DNA of 64,000 nucleotides. It comes from an uncultured Planctomycetaceae bacterium. Lineage in GTDB: Bacteria; Planctomycetota; Planctomycetia; Pirellulales; Lacipirellulaceae. The notes under the pieces are model-generated. The model saw nothing but the letters and a program-made list of their open reading frames with translations. It searched no databases and had not been told where the DNA came from. The position numbers and the translations under genes are program-made. The stretch spans positions 57,101 through 121,100 of the forward strand of contig CAZTWS010000003.1 in the NCBI GenBank assembly GCA_964618225.1, written 5' to 3'. The stretch's first letter is position 1; every line of letters starts with the position of its first letter. Shown piece by piece: positions 48,175 to 57,599 of the stretch.

Positions 48175-49872
48175 GTGCTCGAACGCGCAGAATACGATCG
48201 ATTCCGAGTCGCACCAACCGACCCGTCCACGGTCCGTTGCAGCGATGTCGAAACCACGCTCAAAAAGTTGGCCGATTCCTCGAGCGGCCAACTAAAAATC
48301 GAACGCTTTTCAGAATCGCTCGAAAAACGCCCCATCTATTTGGCAACGCTCGGCACCGGCCCCAAGCGCGTCTTCCTCTGGTCGCAAATGCACGGCGATG
48401 AGCCCACGCACACCTCCGTGCTGCTCGACCTCATGAGTTACCTGCTGCAAACGCCAGCCGAGCCGCTGGCCGAGGAGATCCTCTCGAACTGCACGCTGCT
48501 CATGATCCCCATGCTCAACCCCGACGGTGCCGAGCGCTACCAGCGCTTCAACGCCCAGGGCATCGATATCAACCGCGACTGGCGACGCCTCGCCACGCCC
48601 GAAGGCCGCACGCTGCTTCGCGCCGCTAAAACACTCAAGCCGCAGTTCGGCTTCAATCTGCACAACCAAAACGCCCGCACCACGGTCGGCCGCCCTCCCC
48701 TGCCCGCCGCCGTTTCGGTGCTCGCCCCCGCGCCAGATGCCTCGCGCAAAGTACCGCCCTCCATGCAAGCCGCCAAACAAATGTGTACCGTCTTCGTCGA
48801 GGCCGTGCGGCCGCACGCCAAAGGCATGATCTCCCGTTACGACGACTCGCACGAACCACGCGCCTTCGGCGATGGCATCCAATCGCTCGGCATCTCCACC
48901 ATGCTTGTCGAAGCGGGCGGTTGGCCCGAGGCCGACGTCGAGCCCATGACCCGGCTCCACTTTCACGGCCTGCTCAACACGCTCCACGCCATCGCCACCG
49001 ATCGCCACCTCACGGCCGACGCTAAAGTTTACGAAGACCTGCCCGAGTCGAGCTCCCGTCGCCTCAACGATTGCTACATCACCAAGGCCCAAGTGTACGA
49101 TGCAAAAATCGGCGAACCGTTCACCGCCGATCTGCTCATCAACCAAACCCACTCATCGCGTCTCTGGGTCACCAATCATCGCGACGGCAAAATCATCGAC
49201 TTCGGCGACGTGCCCCCTGCCCCCGCCGCCGTCACCATCAATGCCGACAATTCCCTCCTGCTTCCCGGCCAGTTCACGCTCGTCGCCGATTGGAAACCCG
49301 GCACCCAGCTCAGCGAACAACAAATCAATAATCTCCTCGCCCACGGCACCACCACGGTCATCGGCTTGGTAAACCTTGCTGATCAGGCCGCCATCGAGGC
49401 CATGACCAAGCCGCTCTCGCTACCCTTCAATTGGGCCTATGTGGGCGATGCCGACCACATGGACGATCTCAACGGCACCGAGCTCCTCGAACGCATCGCG
49501 CTCGCCGCCACCCATGGCATACTGGCCGTCGTTTCCGTCGGCACCGACGAAACCCTGTGGCGATACGTCACCAACTTCAACCTGTCGCTTCTCAAACCCA
49601 ACCCACTCGCCGCCAGCCCAGCCACCACGTTCGAGGCGGCCGCCCGCCAAAGCTGGGCCACCGCCAACGCGCTCAAGCTCGGCGCTCTACGTGGCCACAT
49701 CAATCGCGACTGCATCGCCGACCTGGCCTTCGTCACCGCGCCCAACCCGGCCGATGTTGCCGCCCCACTCGATTGGTCCAAGCTCAACCGCGTCATGGTC
49801 GCCGGCGAAACGGTTTGGGAACACGGCAAACGCACCGGCCCACCTTGCGGTATCCAACTCCGCCGCGCCTAA
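48175..49872 (+). CDS. M14 zinc carboxypeptidase (MpaA-like) with an additional ~260-aa C-terminal domain
   Basis: WSQMHGDEPT (HxxE zinc site), MLNPDGAERY and GIDINRDW are present. GTG 48175 follows GGAG; the longer track ORF from 47890 overlaps the dipeptidase gene. The C-terminal half resembles an amidohydrolase fold that lacks the HxH motif. Confidence 0.75.
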   Translation: MLERAEYDRFRVAPTDPSTVRCSDVETTLKKLADSSSGQLKIERFSESLEKRPIYLATLGTGPKRVFLWSQMHGDEPTHTSVLLDLMSYLLQTPAEPLAEEILSNCTLLMIPMLNPDGAERYQRFNAQGIDINRDWRRLATPEGRTLLRAAKTLKPQFGFNLHNQNARTTVGRPPLPAAVSVLAPAPDASRKVPPSMQAAKQMCTVFVEAVRPHAKGMISRYDDSHEPRAFGDGIQSLGISTMLVEAGGWPEADVEPMTRLHFHGLLNTLHAIATDRHLTADAKVYEDLPESSSRRLNDCYITKAQVYDAKIGEPFTADLLINQTHSSRLWVTNHRDGKIIDFGDVPPAPAAVTINADNSLLLPGQFTLVADWKPGTQLSEQQINNLLAHGTTTVIGLVNLADQAAIEAMTKPLSLPFNWAYVGDADHMDDLNGTELLERIALAATHGILAVVSVGTDETLWRYVTNFNLSLLKPNPLAASPATTFEAAARQSWATANALKLGALRGHINRDCIADLAFVTAPNPADVAAPLDWSKLNRVMVAGETVWEHGKRTGPPCGIQLRRA

Positions 49873-49902
49873 CCTTCTTCTCGATCCACCAAGGCAAGCC
49901 CC

Positions 49903-50658
49903 ATGCTCAATAAAATCTGGTTCTGCCTGCTGTGCATCGGCATCGTTTACGGCTTCGCCAAAGCATCGTACCAAACCGCAACCGGCCAATTGCCTCCGGC
50001 TCCTGCCGCGGAAGCTTCAGACGCCGCTCCCGCGGAAACAGCACAAGATCAATCCGCTTACACCATCATGGGCCGCAGCCTGACCGATGCTTCGCTCAAT
50101 GCGGCAGAATCAGCGGTCAAAATTTGCATCACTCTCATCGGCATCATGGCGCTCTGGCTCGGCCTCATGAACATCGCCAAAGATGCCGGCCTCATCGATG
50201 CCTTTGCCCGTCTCCTGAACCCGCTCATGCGATGGTTATTCCCAGGCATCCCCGATGGCCACCCGGCTCAAGGTGCCATCCTCATGAATCTCTCGGCCAA
50301 CATGATCGGCCTCGACAACGCGGCCACGCCCATGGGCCTCAAAGCCATGACCGAGCTGCAAACCCTCAACCCCGTCAAAGACACCGCCACCAACAGCATG
50401 GCCATGTTCCTGGCCATCAACAACAGCAGCGTCACGATCATTCCCATCGCCGTCATCGGCTACCGAGCGGCCGAGGGCAGCCTCAATCCTACCGAGCCGC
50501 TGGCCGGCACGATCATCGCCACCACCATCAGCACCGTGGCAGCCGTCCTCATCACCAAATGGCTCGCACACCGGCCTGGCTACTACGTCCCACCCGAGCG
50601 CGTGCCTCAATCGAGCGATGAAACGCTCTCCGAAAACGAAGGAGAGTCGCTTGCCTGA
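49903..50658 (+). CDS. spmA: SpmA-like nucleoside-recognition (Gate) domain membrane protein
   Basis: The MLNKIWFCLLCIGIVYG N-terminus and polytopic hydrophobic profile are as in SpmA. Confidence 0.7.
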   Translation: MLNKIWFCLLCIGIVYGFAKASYQTATGQLPPAPAAEASDAAPAETAQDQSAYTIMGRSLTDASLNAAESAVKICITLIGIMALWLGLMNIAKDAGLIDAFARLLNPLMRWLFPGIPDGHPAQGAILMNLSANMIGLDNAATPMGLKAMTELQTLNPVKDTATNSMAMFLAINNSSVTIIPIAVIGYRAAEGSLNPTEPLAGTIIATTISTVAAVLITKWLAHRPGYYVPPERVPQSSDETLSENEGESLA

Positions 50659-51214
50659 AATACGCCCCATCCTCGATTTCATCAGCAGTTGGGCCATTCC
50701 CGCGCTCATGCTGCTCATCATCGTTTGGGGGGCCGTCAAACGCGTCCCTCTCTACGAATCCTTTGTCACCGGTGCCAAGGAAGGATTCAACATCGCGATC
50801 ATGATCATTCCCTACCTGGTCGCCATGCTGTTCGTCGTCAAAGTGTTCATGGCAAGCGGCATCTTCGACGACATCAAATACGGGTTCGTACTTGCCATGC
50901 AATCTGTTGGCCTCGGTAGTTATGCCGAAACATTCGACCTATTACCGCTTGCACTCACCAAGCCCCTAACCGGCGGCGGTGCGAGAGCCGTCATGGTCGA
51001 TATGTTCCAACAGCACGGCCCCGACAGCTTCCTCGGAATGACCGCCTCGATCATGATGGGCAGCACCGAAACCACCTTCTACGTCCTCACCGTCTACTAC
51101 GGCTCGATCCAAGTCAAGAAAATCCGCCATACGCTTGCCGCCTGCTTACTGACCGATGTCATTGCCGTCGTCACCGCAATCATTCTCGGCTATGTGCTAT
51201 TCGGCAACCGCTAA
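50651..51214 (+). CDS. spmB: SpmB-like nucleoside-recognition domain membrane protein
   Basis: ISSWAIPALMLLIIVWGAVKRVPLYESFVTGAKEGFNIAI closely follows the SpmB N-terminal pattern. TTG 50651 follows GGAGAG. The track start at 50618 is also possible. Confidence 0.7.
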   Translation: MPEIRPILDFISSWAIPALMLLIIVWGAVKRVPLYESFVTGAKEGFNIAIMIIPYLVAMLFVVKVFMASGIFDDIKYGFVLAMQSVGLGSYAETFDLLPLALTKPLTGGGARAVMVDMFQQHGPDSFLGMTASIMMGSTETTFYVLTVYYGSIQVKKIRHTLAACLLTDVIAVVTAIILGYVLFGNR

Positions 51215-51252
51215 CGAACGAACACTCGCACTAAAAACATCGATTTCCACTC

Positions 51253-52284
51253 GTGCAATTGACGAAACCCAAAGCACTCCGTCCCGGCGATACCATCGGC
51301 GTTGTCGTCCCCGCTAGCCCGATCGACCCCGAACGCATCGAACGGGCATTTGGCCGCGTCCGCGATCTCGGCTACCAACTGAAAACCTACGGCGACATCT
51401 ACCGCCGCACCGGCTACCTCGCCGGAGATGATGACACCCGCGCCGCCGAACTCATGGCCGCCTTCGCCGACCCGCAAACCTCGGCCGTCTGGTGCGCTCG
51501 CGGCGGCTACGGCGTCACGCGGCTCCTCAACCGAATCGACTTCGACACGATCCGCCACAACCCAAAAACCTTCGTCGGCTTCAGCGACATCACCCTCCTA
51601 CACGTCGCTATCCAACAGCGGGCCCAGCTAATCACCTTCCACGGCCCCAACCTGCAAGACGGCTTCGGCAAACCCGAACCCATGCCCTCCGCCACCGCCA
51701 CCACCCTCTGGCAAATGGTCAGCGCATCCCCGTCGATCCCCACCGACTCGCTCTCCCAGCCGCTTGCCGGCTTAGCTCAGAACTCCCCCATCCCCTACGA
51801 CTTCACCAACATCCACCCCCTCGACCTCCGCACCATCACCCCCGGCATCGCCCGCGGCCCACTCACCGGCGGAAACCTGGCCGTGTTCAACAGCCTCCTC
51901 GGTACGCCCTTCGAGCCCGACACCACGGGCCACATCCTCTTCCTCGAAGATGTCAGCGAACGTGCCTATCGCATCGACCGTTATCTCTCGCAACTCACGC
52001 TTGCCGGCAAACTGCAATCCGCCGCCGGCATACTCCTCGGCACGTTCTCCTACGACGACGATGAACCAGCCGACACTCAGGAAGCCGTCAACGAAGTGCT
52101 AAACCACTACTGCCGACCCCTCGGCATCCCCGTCCTCGCCGGCTTCCCCGCCGGCCATGCCCAATACAACCTCGCACTCCCCATGGGTGCCGAAATAGAA
52201 ATAGACGCCACCCATCACCAAGTCCAAATCTGCCAACCACCTGCCGTAACTTCCGCCCCCCAGCCCCCAGCCCCTAGCCCCTAG
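51253..52284 (+). CDS. ldcA: LD-carboxypeptidase (peptidase S66, LdcA-like)
   Basis: PGDTIGVVVPASP, GYLAGDDDTRAAELMAAFADP, ARGGYGVTRLL and GFSDITLLH (nucleophile Ser) are present, with a C-terminal GFPAGH. Confidence 0.85.
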   Translation: MQLTKPKALRPGDTIGVVVPASPIDPERIERAFGRVRDLGYQLKTYGDIYRRTGYLAGDDDTRAAELMAAFADPQTSAVWCARGGYGVTRLLNRIDFDTIRHNPKTFVGFSDITLLHVAIQQRAQLITFHGPNLQDGFGKPEPMPSATATTLWQMVSASPSIPTDSLSQPLAGLAQNSPIPYDFTNIHPLDLRTITPGIARGPLTGGNLAVFNSLLGTPFEPDTTGHILFLEDVSERAYRIDRYLSQLTLAGKLQSAAGILLGTFSYDDDEPADTQEAVNEVLNHYCRPLGIPVLAGFPAGHAQYNLALPMGAEIEIDATHHQVQICQPPAVTSAPQPPAPSP

Positions 52285-52289
52285 CCCCC

Positions 52290-53678
52290 ATGGATTCCCT
52301 TCATACCTTCATCGAGAAAGCCGCCAACCAGTTCTCGATCCCCCTGGTGATCGTCCTGCTGGTCACCAGCGTTTACTTCACGATCCGGCTTCGCTTCATT
52401 CAAATCTTTCGCTTCCGCGACGCCATTCGCGAAACGATCGCCAGCCAGCAGTCGGGCGCGAACGGCCCCCTCTCGCCGCTCCAAGCATTTCTCACATCAC
52501 TCGCCGCCACCATCGGTGTCGGCAACATCGCCGGCGTTGCCACGGCCATCGTCCAAGGTGGCCCAGGTGCCATGTTTTGGATCTGGTGCTATGGCTTTCT
52601 CGCCATGCCCACCAAGTTTGCCGAAGCATCGCTCGGCATGCACTTTCGCGTCGCCAAAGGCGATGTCGTCCTCGCCGGCCCCATGTACTACTTGCGCGAT
52701 GGCCTGCGTTCCCCCTCGCTCGCTTGGATCTACGCACTACTTGCCGGCATGTCGGTCCTCTTCACCACGCCGTTCACCCAACCAAACTCCGTCGCCGATG
52801 CAGTCGGCAGCCAACTTGCTGAACAAGATATTTCTCTCGGCACATCGCAAATCGGCCCGTTCACCGTCAATCTCGATCATCTCACGATCGGCCTCGTGCT
52901 CGGCGTCCTCACTTGGCTCGTCACCATTCGAGGTGTGAAAGCACTGGGTCGCGCCGCCGAAAAACTGGCTCCGCTCAAAGTCGGCCTCTATCTCCTCGGC
53001 GGCCTCATCGTGTTCGTCACGCACATTGGTAACTTGCCCGAGGTATTCCGACTCATCTTCACCGAAGCCTTTTCGCTTCGCGCCGCCACGGGCGGAACCT
53101 TTGGCTACGCCATCATCGTCGCCATGCGCTACGGCGTAGCCCGCGGTGTATATGCCAACGAAGCAGGCTACGGCACCGCCGCCGTCGCCTACGGCACGGC
53201 CAAAAGCCAGCATCCCGAACAACAAGGCCTCGCCGCCATGACCGAGGTGTTCATCATCTCGTTCATCACCTCCACGATCAGCGGCCTCTCCATCCTGCTC
53301 ACCGGCGTCTGGAACTCCGGACCCACCGGCTCTGCCGTCGTCGCCCGCGCCTTCAACCAGCCCATGCCCGGCATCGGCGGATGGATGGTCGCCGTCTCCA
53401 TGTTCCTGTTCGGCTACACCGTGCTCATCGGCTGGGGATACTACGGCGAACAATTCTTCGAATACATCTTCGGCCCCCGCTCCGTCGTGCCATACCGCTG
53501 GATCTACATCCTGCTCATCCCCTTCGGCGCTCTCTTCAAAGTCGACCTCGTTTGGAATTGGGGCGACATCGTCAACGGCCTCCAAGTCTTCCCCAACATC
53601 ATCGGCCTCTTCGCCCTCAGCGGCCTCGCCGCCATGTACGCCAAACGCAAATCGCCAACCGAGCTAGAATCCATATGA
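52290..53678 (+). CDS. Alanine/glycine:cation symporter (AGCS family)
   Basis: FQAFLTSLAATIGVGNIAGVATAIVQGGPGAMFWIW is the AGCS signature region. The protein is a polytopic membrane protein. Confidence 0.85.
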   Translation: MDSLHTFIEKAANQFSIPLVIVLLVTSVYFTIRLRFIQIFRFRDAIRETIASQQSGANGPLSPLQAFLTSLAATIGVGNIAGVATAIVQGGPGAMFWIWCYGFLAMPTKFAEASLGMHFRVAKGDVVLAGPMYYLRDGLRSPSLAWIYALLAGMSVLFTTPFTQPNSVADAVGSQLAEQDISLGTSQIGPFTVNLDHLTIGLVLGVLTWLVTIRGVKALGRAAEKLAPLKVGLYLLGGLIVFVTHIGNLPEVFRLIFTEAFSLRAATGGTFGYAIIVAMRYGVARGVYANEAGYGTAAVAYGTAKSQHPEQQGLAAMTEVFIISFITSTISGLSILLTGVWNSGPTGSAVVARAFNQPMPGIGGWMVAVSMFLFGYTVLIGWGYYGEQFFEYIFGPRSVVPYRWIYILLIPFGALFKVDLVWNWGDIVNGLQVFPNIIGLFALSGLAAMYAKRKSPTELESI

Positions 53679-53804
53679 GCCAGGGCGTCCCCACCCCCGT
53701 GTACCAAGACAACCCCTTAGCGGCGGCGGCAACGCCGTCCAACCAGCGAACGGCATAATAACAGAACGGTAAACCTAAAAACGCTCTACTATTGAGCCTT
53801 GAAG

Positions 53805-54016
53805 GGTGAACCACGAGGCACCAAGACACAAAGAAGAATTACTGATTTAGGATTCAGGATGATGGATGCGGGGGACAGGGACAAGGCATTCAGTAGGATA
53901 CCCCTACCCCCCTGCATCCACTATCCCGCATCCTATCAAATCCTTCTCCCTACTCCTTGCTCCACGCTCCCTGCTTCCTCCTCCGTGCCCCGTGGTGAAA
54001 CCAAAGTGGCCGAAAA
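53805..54016 (+). repeat. Intergenic repeat family, copy B (composite with inverted arms)
   Basis: The left arm is GGTGAACCACGAGGCACCAAGACACAAAGAAG (53805-53836). The core 53950-53996 matches copy A at 46 of 47 positions. The right end, GTGCCCCGTGGTGAAA, is an imperfect inverse of the left arm. Confidence 0.55.
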
Positions 54017-54422
54017 TTGATACTATACATTCGATCACAATTCCATTACACTACGGGTCACAAATTTAACCCGTATCTTCAGCCCGATTCCCACATCGCC
54101 GGCCCCATTTCCCCATGCGCCAATCCCGCTCTCACCCCCTCGGCACCCCTCGAGCAGAGGCCTCAAATAACTTGTCCCCTTCCCCCTCTCAATCCTCAAG
54201 CCTCGCCCTCCCTGCGCGAAAGCGATACAACCCAATACCCCCTAGAGGCGCAAAACCCCAGTGGATAATTTAGAGCATCTACGAACCATCCCCGGCGAAT
54301 TCGCGGCAGGCTGCGTCGCGGCCCAGGCGGCTGCGGACCGCTTCGATACCCTCGAAGCCGCAGCTCTCCGCGCAACGTCCACCCAAGCAGTTTTTCGGTT
54401 TACTGACTATCGGAGACCTTCC

Positions 54423-55196
54423 ATGCCCCGCCTTTCCCGCTCGCTCACACTATTGCTATTACTCACGCTTACCACCCTCTCCAACGCCGCCGAAGAAGCC
54501 AAATCCATCTTCAACGGCAAGGACCTCACCGGCTGGGAAGGTAACCCCGAAATTTGGAGCGTTGAAGACGGTGCCATCGTCGGCCGCACCGTCGCCGACA
54601 AACCGATCGAAAACAACACCTTCCTCGTGTGGAAAGACGGCAAGCCCGATAACTTCCGTCTCACCTTCGAATACAAAATCGAAGGCGGCAACAGCGGCGT
54701 GCAATATCGCAGCAAAGTGGTCGATCCCGAAAAATTCATCGTCGCCGGTTACCAGGCCGACATCGACTCCACGCCCACTTACTCCGGCATTAACTACGAC
54801 GAACGAGGCCGCGGCATTCTCGCCAAACGTGGCGAACGCGCCCGCATCAATCGCGAAGGCAAATCCGAAATCGTCATCTTCGGCGATGCCGAGAAACTGC
54901 AGAAAAACATCAAAGCCAACGATTGGAACCAATACACGATCGAAGCCGTCGGCCCGCGTCTGCGACACACGATCAACGGCAAACTCATGAGCGTCGTTCG
55001 AGACCACGATGCTAAACAGGCCGAGAAAGAAGGCGTGCTCGCCTTCCAGGTTCATACAGGCCCGCCGATGGTCGTCCGCTTCCGCAATATCAAGCTCGAA
55101 AAAGTCGACCCCAAGGAAATGGCCTCGCAAAAGAAAAAGGCCAACGAGAAAGCCAAAGCAAAGGCGGAAACCAAAGCGGAAGAAAAATCCGAATGA
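54423..55196 (+). CDS. DUF1080 (3-keto-disaccharide-hydrolase-like) secreted protein
   Basis: Signal peptide is MPRLSRSLTLLLLLTLTTLSNA. IFNGKDLTGWEG....W.VEDGAIVG, NSGVQYRS and LAFQVH.GPPMVVRFRNIKL form the DUF1080 pattern. The tail is Lys-rich. Confidence 0.8.
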   Translation: MPRLSRSLTLLLLLTLTTLSNAAEEAKSIFNGKDLTGWEGNPEIWSVEDGAIVGRTVADKPIENNTFLVWKDGKPDNFRLTFEYKIEGGNSGVQYRSKVVDPEKFIVAGYQADIDSTPTYSGINYDERGRGILAKRGERARINREGKSEIVIFGDAEKLQKNIKANDWNQYTIEAVGPRLRHTINGKLMSVVRDHDAKQAEKEGVLAFQVHTGPPMVVRFRNIKLEKVDPKEMASQKKKANEKAKAKAETKAEEKSE

Positions 55197-56356
55197 CGAT
55201 GCACACTCATATTCTTGTTGACTCCGCCCAGGCGATCGTTGCCGATGGTGCCGTGTTCCAAGGCAATATGGGCAACGATTCGCCTCCGTGGCAAGCAAAG
55301 CTCCGCGTTTACCGCGGCGGCCGCTCCGAAGGCGTCGGGGTCGTCGAAATCGATAACGGTGCCATGACCATCGACGTGCTGCCCACGCGCGGCATGGGAA
55401 TCTGGCGTGTCCGCCGTGGCGACCAAACCTTGGGCTGGCAAGCGCCCGCGCGCAATCCGGTCCACCCGGCATTCGTTCCTCTCACAGAGCCTTCCGGCCT
55501 CGGGTGGCTCGACGGTTTCAACGAACTCCTGTGCCGCTGCGGACTCGAAAGCAACGGAGCGCCCGTCCATAACGAAGATTGCCAGCTCGTTTATCCGCTC
55601 CACGGTCGCATCGCCAACTCGCCGGCCCACCGTGTGGAACTCGAAGTCGACGACGAAAAGAGTACCATCACCCTTCGCGGCATCGTCGATGAGGCCAGAA
55701 TCTTCTTCCAAAGCCTTCGGCTTACCTCCACGCTCACCACCTCGATCGGCTCGAACCACTTCACGTGGACCGATGAAGTCGAAAACATCGGCGGGCGCGA
55801 TGCTTCCATGCAGATGCTCTACCACTTCAACGTCGGCCTGCCACTGCTGCGTGCCGGTGCTCGCGTCGCAGCGCCGATCGCGGCCGTAGCCCCCAAAACC
55901 GATGTGGCGGCCAGCGCCGGCATCGACACCTGGAACATCATCCCACCACCACGGGCCGATTCGTCGGAGCAGGTCTACGTTGCCGATCTTGCCGCCGATA
56001 CCAGCGGCGACACGCGAGTGCTGCTCAACGACCTCGCCAACGGACAGGCTGTCAGCCTCAGTTGGAACAAGGCCTCGCTGCCCTGCTTTACGCTGTGGCG
56101 AAATACGCTGCCAGAAGTAGACGGCTACGTCGTAGGCCTCGAACCGGCAACCAACTACCCCAACCCGCGCCCGTTCGAAAAACAGCACGGCCGCGTCGTT
56201 GAACTGAAGCCCGGCCAAAAATGGAAAACCTCGGTCACCGCCACGTGGCACGCCGAGCCTTCATCCATCACCGCCGAACAAGAAGCGATCCGCACCATCC
56301 AGAATCGCACAGAACCACAAGTTTTCGCGCAACCCCGACCAGAATGGTCGGCGTAA
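55193..56356 (+). CDS. Aldose-1-epimerase-like protein (DUF4432-like)
   Basis: 387 aa with an ATGA overlap on the upstream gene. GVGVVEIDNGAMTIDVLPTRGMGIW fits the DUF4432/mutarotase-like fold as I recall it. Confidence 0.6.
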   Translation: MTMHTHILVDSAQAIVADGAVFQGNMGNDSPPWQAKLRVYRGGRSEGVGVVEIDNGAMTIDVLPTRGMGIWRVRRGDQTLGWQAPARNPVHPAFVPLTEPSGLGWLDGFNELLCRCGLESNGAPVHNEDCQLVYPLHGRIANSPAHRVELEVDDEKSTITLRGIVDEARIFFQSLRLTSTLTTSIGSNHFTWTDEVENIGGRDASMQMLYHFNVGLPLLRAGARVAAPIAAVAPKTDVAASAGIDTWNIIPPPRADSSEQVYVADLAADTSGDTRVLLNDLANGQAVSLSWNKASLPCFTLWRNTLPEVDGYVVGLEPATNYPNPRPFEKQHGRVVELKPGQKWKTSVTATWHAEPSSITAEQEAIRTIQNRTEPQVFAQPRPEWSA

Positions 56357-56405
56357 TCAAATACGACTTGGCTGCCAGCCACCCAAGCAAATAACCCAAG
56401 GAGGA

Positions 56406-57545
56406 CTATTGCTGCACATTCACCCACTGGCCGCTCTTCGCGCTAGCCAGCACGGCATCGCACACCTTTTGCGTTTCCAACGCTTCGCGAAACGTCGGCG
56501 ACGTCGGCTTGTTCTCGGCCACGTTTGCTAAGAAGTCGGCCACCTGATGTACGAATGTGTGTTCGTAACCAATTTGCAAACCGGGCACCCACCAACGGCT
56601 CATGTACGGCATGTCGCCGTCCGTCACGTGTACGCTTCGCCAACCACGCACGAGCGAATCATCCGCATGATCGAAGTAGCTCAATCGATGCAAATCGTGC
56701 AAGTCCCACGCAATCGAAGCATCCGCGCCGTTGATTTCCAGCGTGTACAGCGCCTTGTGCCCACGGGCGTAGCGGGTCGACTCGAAGATCGCCATCGAAC
56801 CGTTCTCGAAATGACACAAAAACGCACACGCATCGTCGATTTCGACCGGCTCGACCTTGCCAGATTCCTGGTGCTTCCGCTCCTTCACAAACGTCTCGGT
56901 CATCGCCGTCACGTTTTTGATCGGCCCGTTGAGCCACAATGCGGTGTCGATGCAATGTGCCAGCAAGTCGCCCGTCACGCCGCTTCCAGCCACCTTTGCA
57001 TCGATGCGCCACAAACCCGCCCCGCCTTGAGGCAAGTCTTCCGAAATGGTCCAGTCCTGCAAAAAATTAGATCTGTAGTGGTAGATACGCCCCAAGCGCC
57101 CCTCGTCCACAAGCTGCTTGGCCAACGTCACGGCCGGCACACGGCGGTAGTTGTACCAAACCGTGTTCGGAACGCCGGCTTTCTCGACGGCTTCCACCAT
57201 CTCCAACCCTTCGGCCGTGTTCATGGCCAGCGGCTTTTCGCACAAGACCATCTTGCCCGCCTCGGCCGCCGCGATGGCAATGTCGTGATGCAAATTGTTC
57301 GGCGTGCAAATGTCGATCGCGTCGATGTCTTTTCGCTCGATCAGCTTTCGCCAATCGGTTTCTACCGACTGATAGCCCCACACATCGGCAAACCTCTGAG
57401 CCTTTTCCGCATCGCGAGCCGCCACGGCTTGCAGCACCGGTTTGTACTTCAGGTCAAAAAAATTGTTCACTCGATTGTAAGCATTCGAGTGCGCGCGACC
57501 CATGAAGCCGTAACCGACCATGCCAATACGAAGCGGAGTTGCCAT
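56406..57545 (-). CDS. Gfo/Idh/MocA family oxidoreductase
   Basis: [15 protein letters not shown] Rossmann N-terminus, EKPLA motif and typical length. ATG 57545 is preferred over the track's TTG at 57563. Confidence 0.85.
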   Translation of the reverse strand: MATPLRIGMVGYGFMGRAHSNAYNRVNNFFDLKYKPVLQAVAARDAEKAQRFADVWGYQSVETDWRKLIERKDIDAIDICTPNNLHHDIAIAAAEAGKMVLCEKPLAMNTAEGLEMVEAVEKAGVPNTVWYNYRRVPAVTLAKQLVDEGRLGRIYHYRSNFLQDWTISEDLPQGGAGLWRIDAKVAGSGVTGDLLAHCIDTALWLNGPIKNVTAMTETFVKERKHQESGKVEPVEIDDACAFLCHFENGSMAIFESTRYARGHKALYTLEINGADASIAWDLHDLHRLSYFDHADDSLVRGWRSVHVTDGDMPYMSRWWVPGLQIGYEHTFVHQVADFLANVAENKPTSPTFREALETQKVCDAVLASAKSGQWVNVQQ

Positions 57546-57599
57546 TGAATACCTTTTGTTCAAATAGATTTAGATTGCCAACCATGAACGTGCTGCGGC

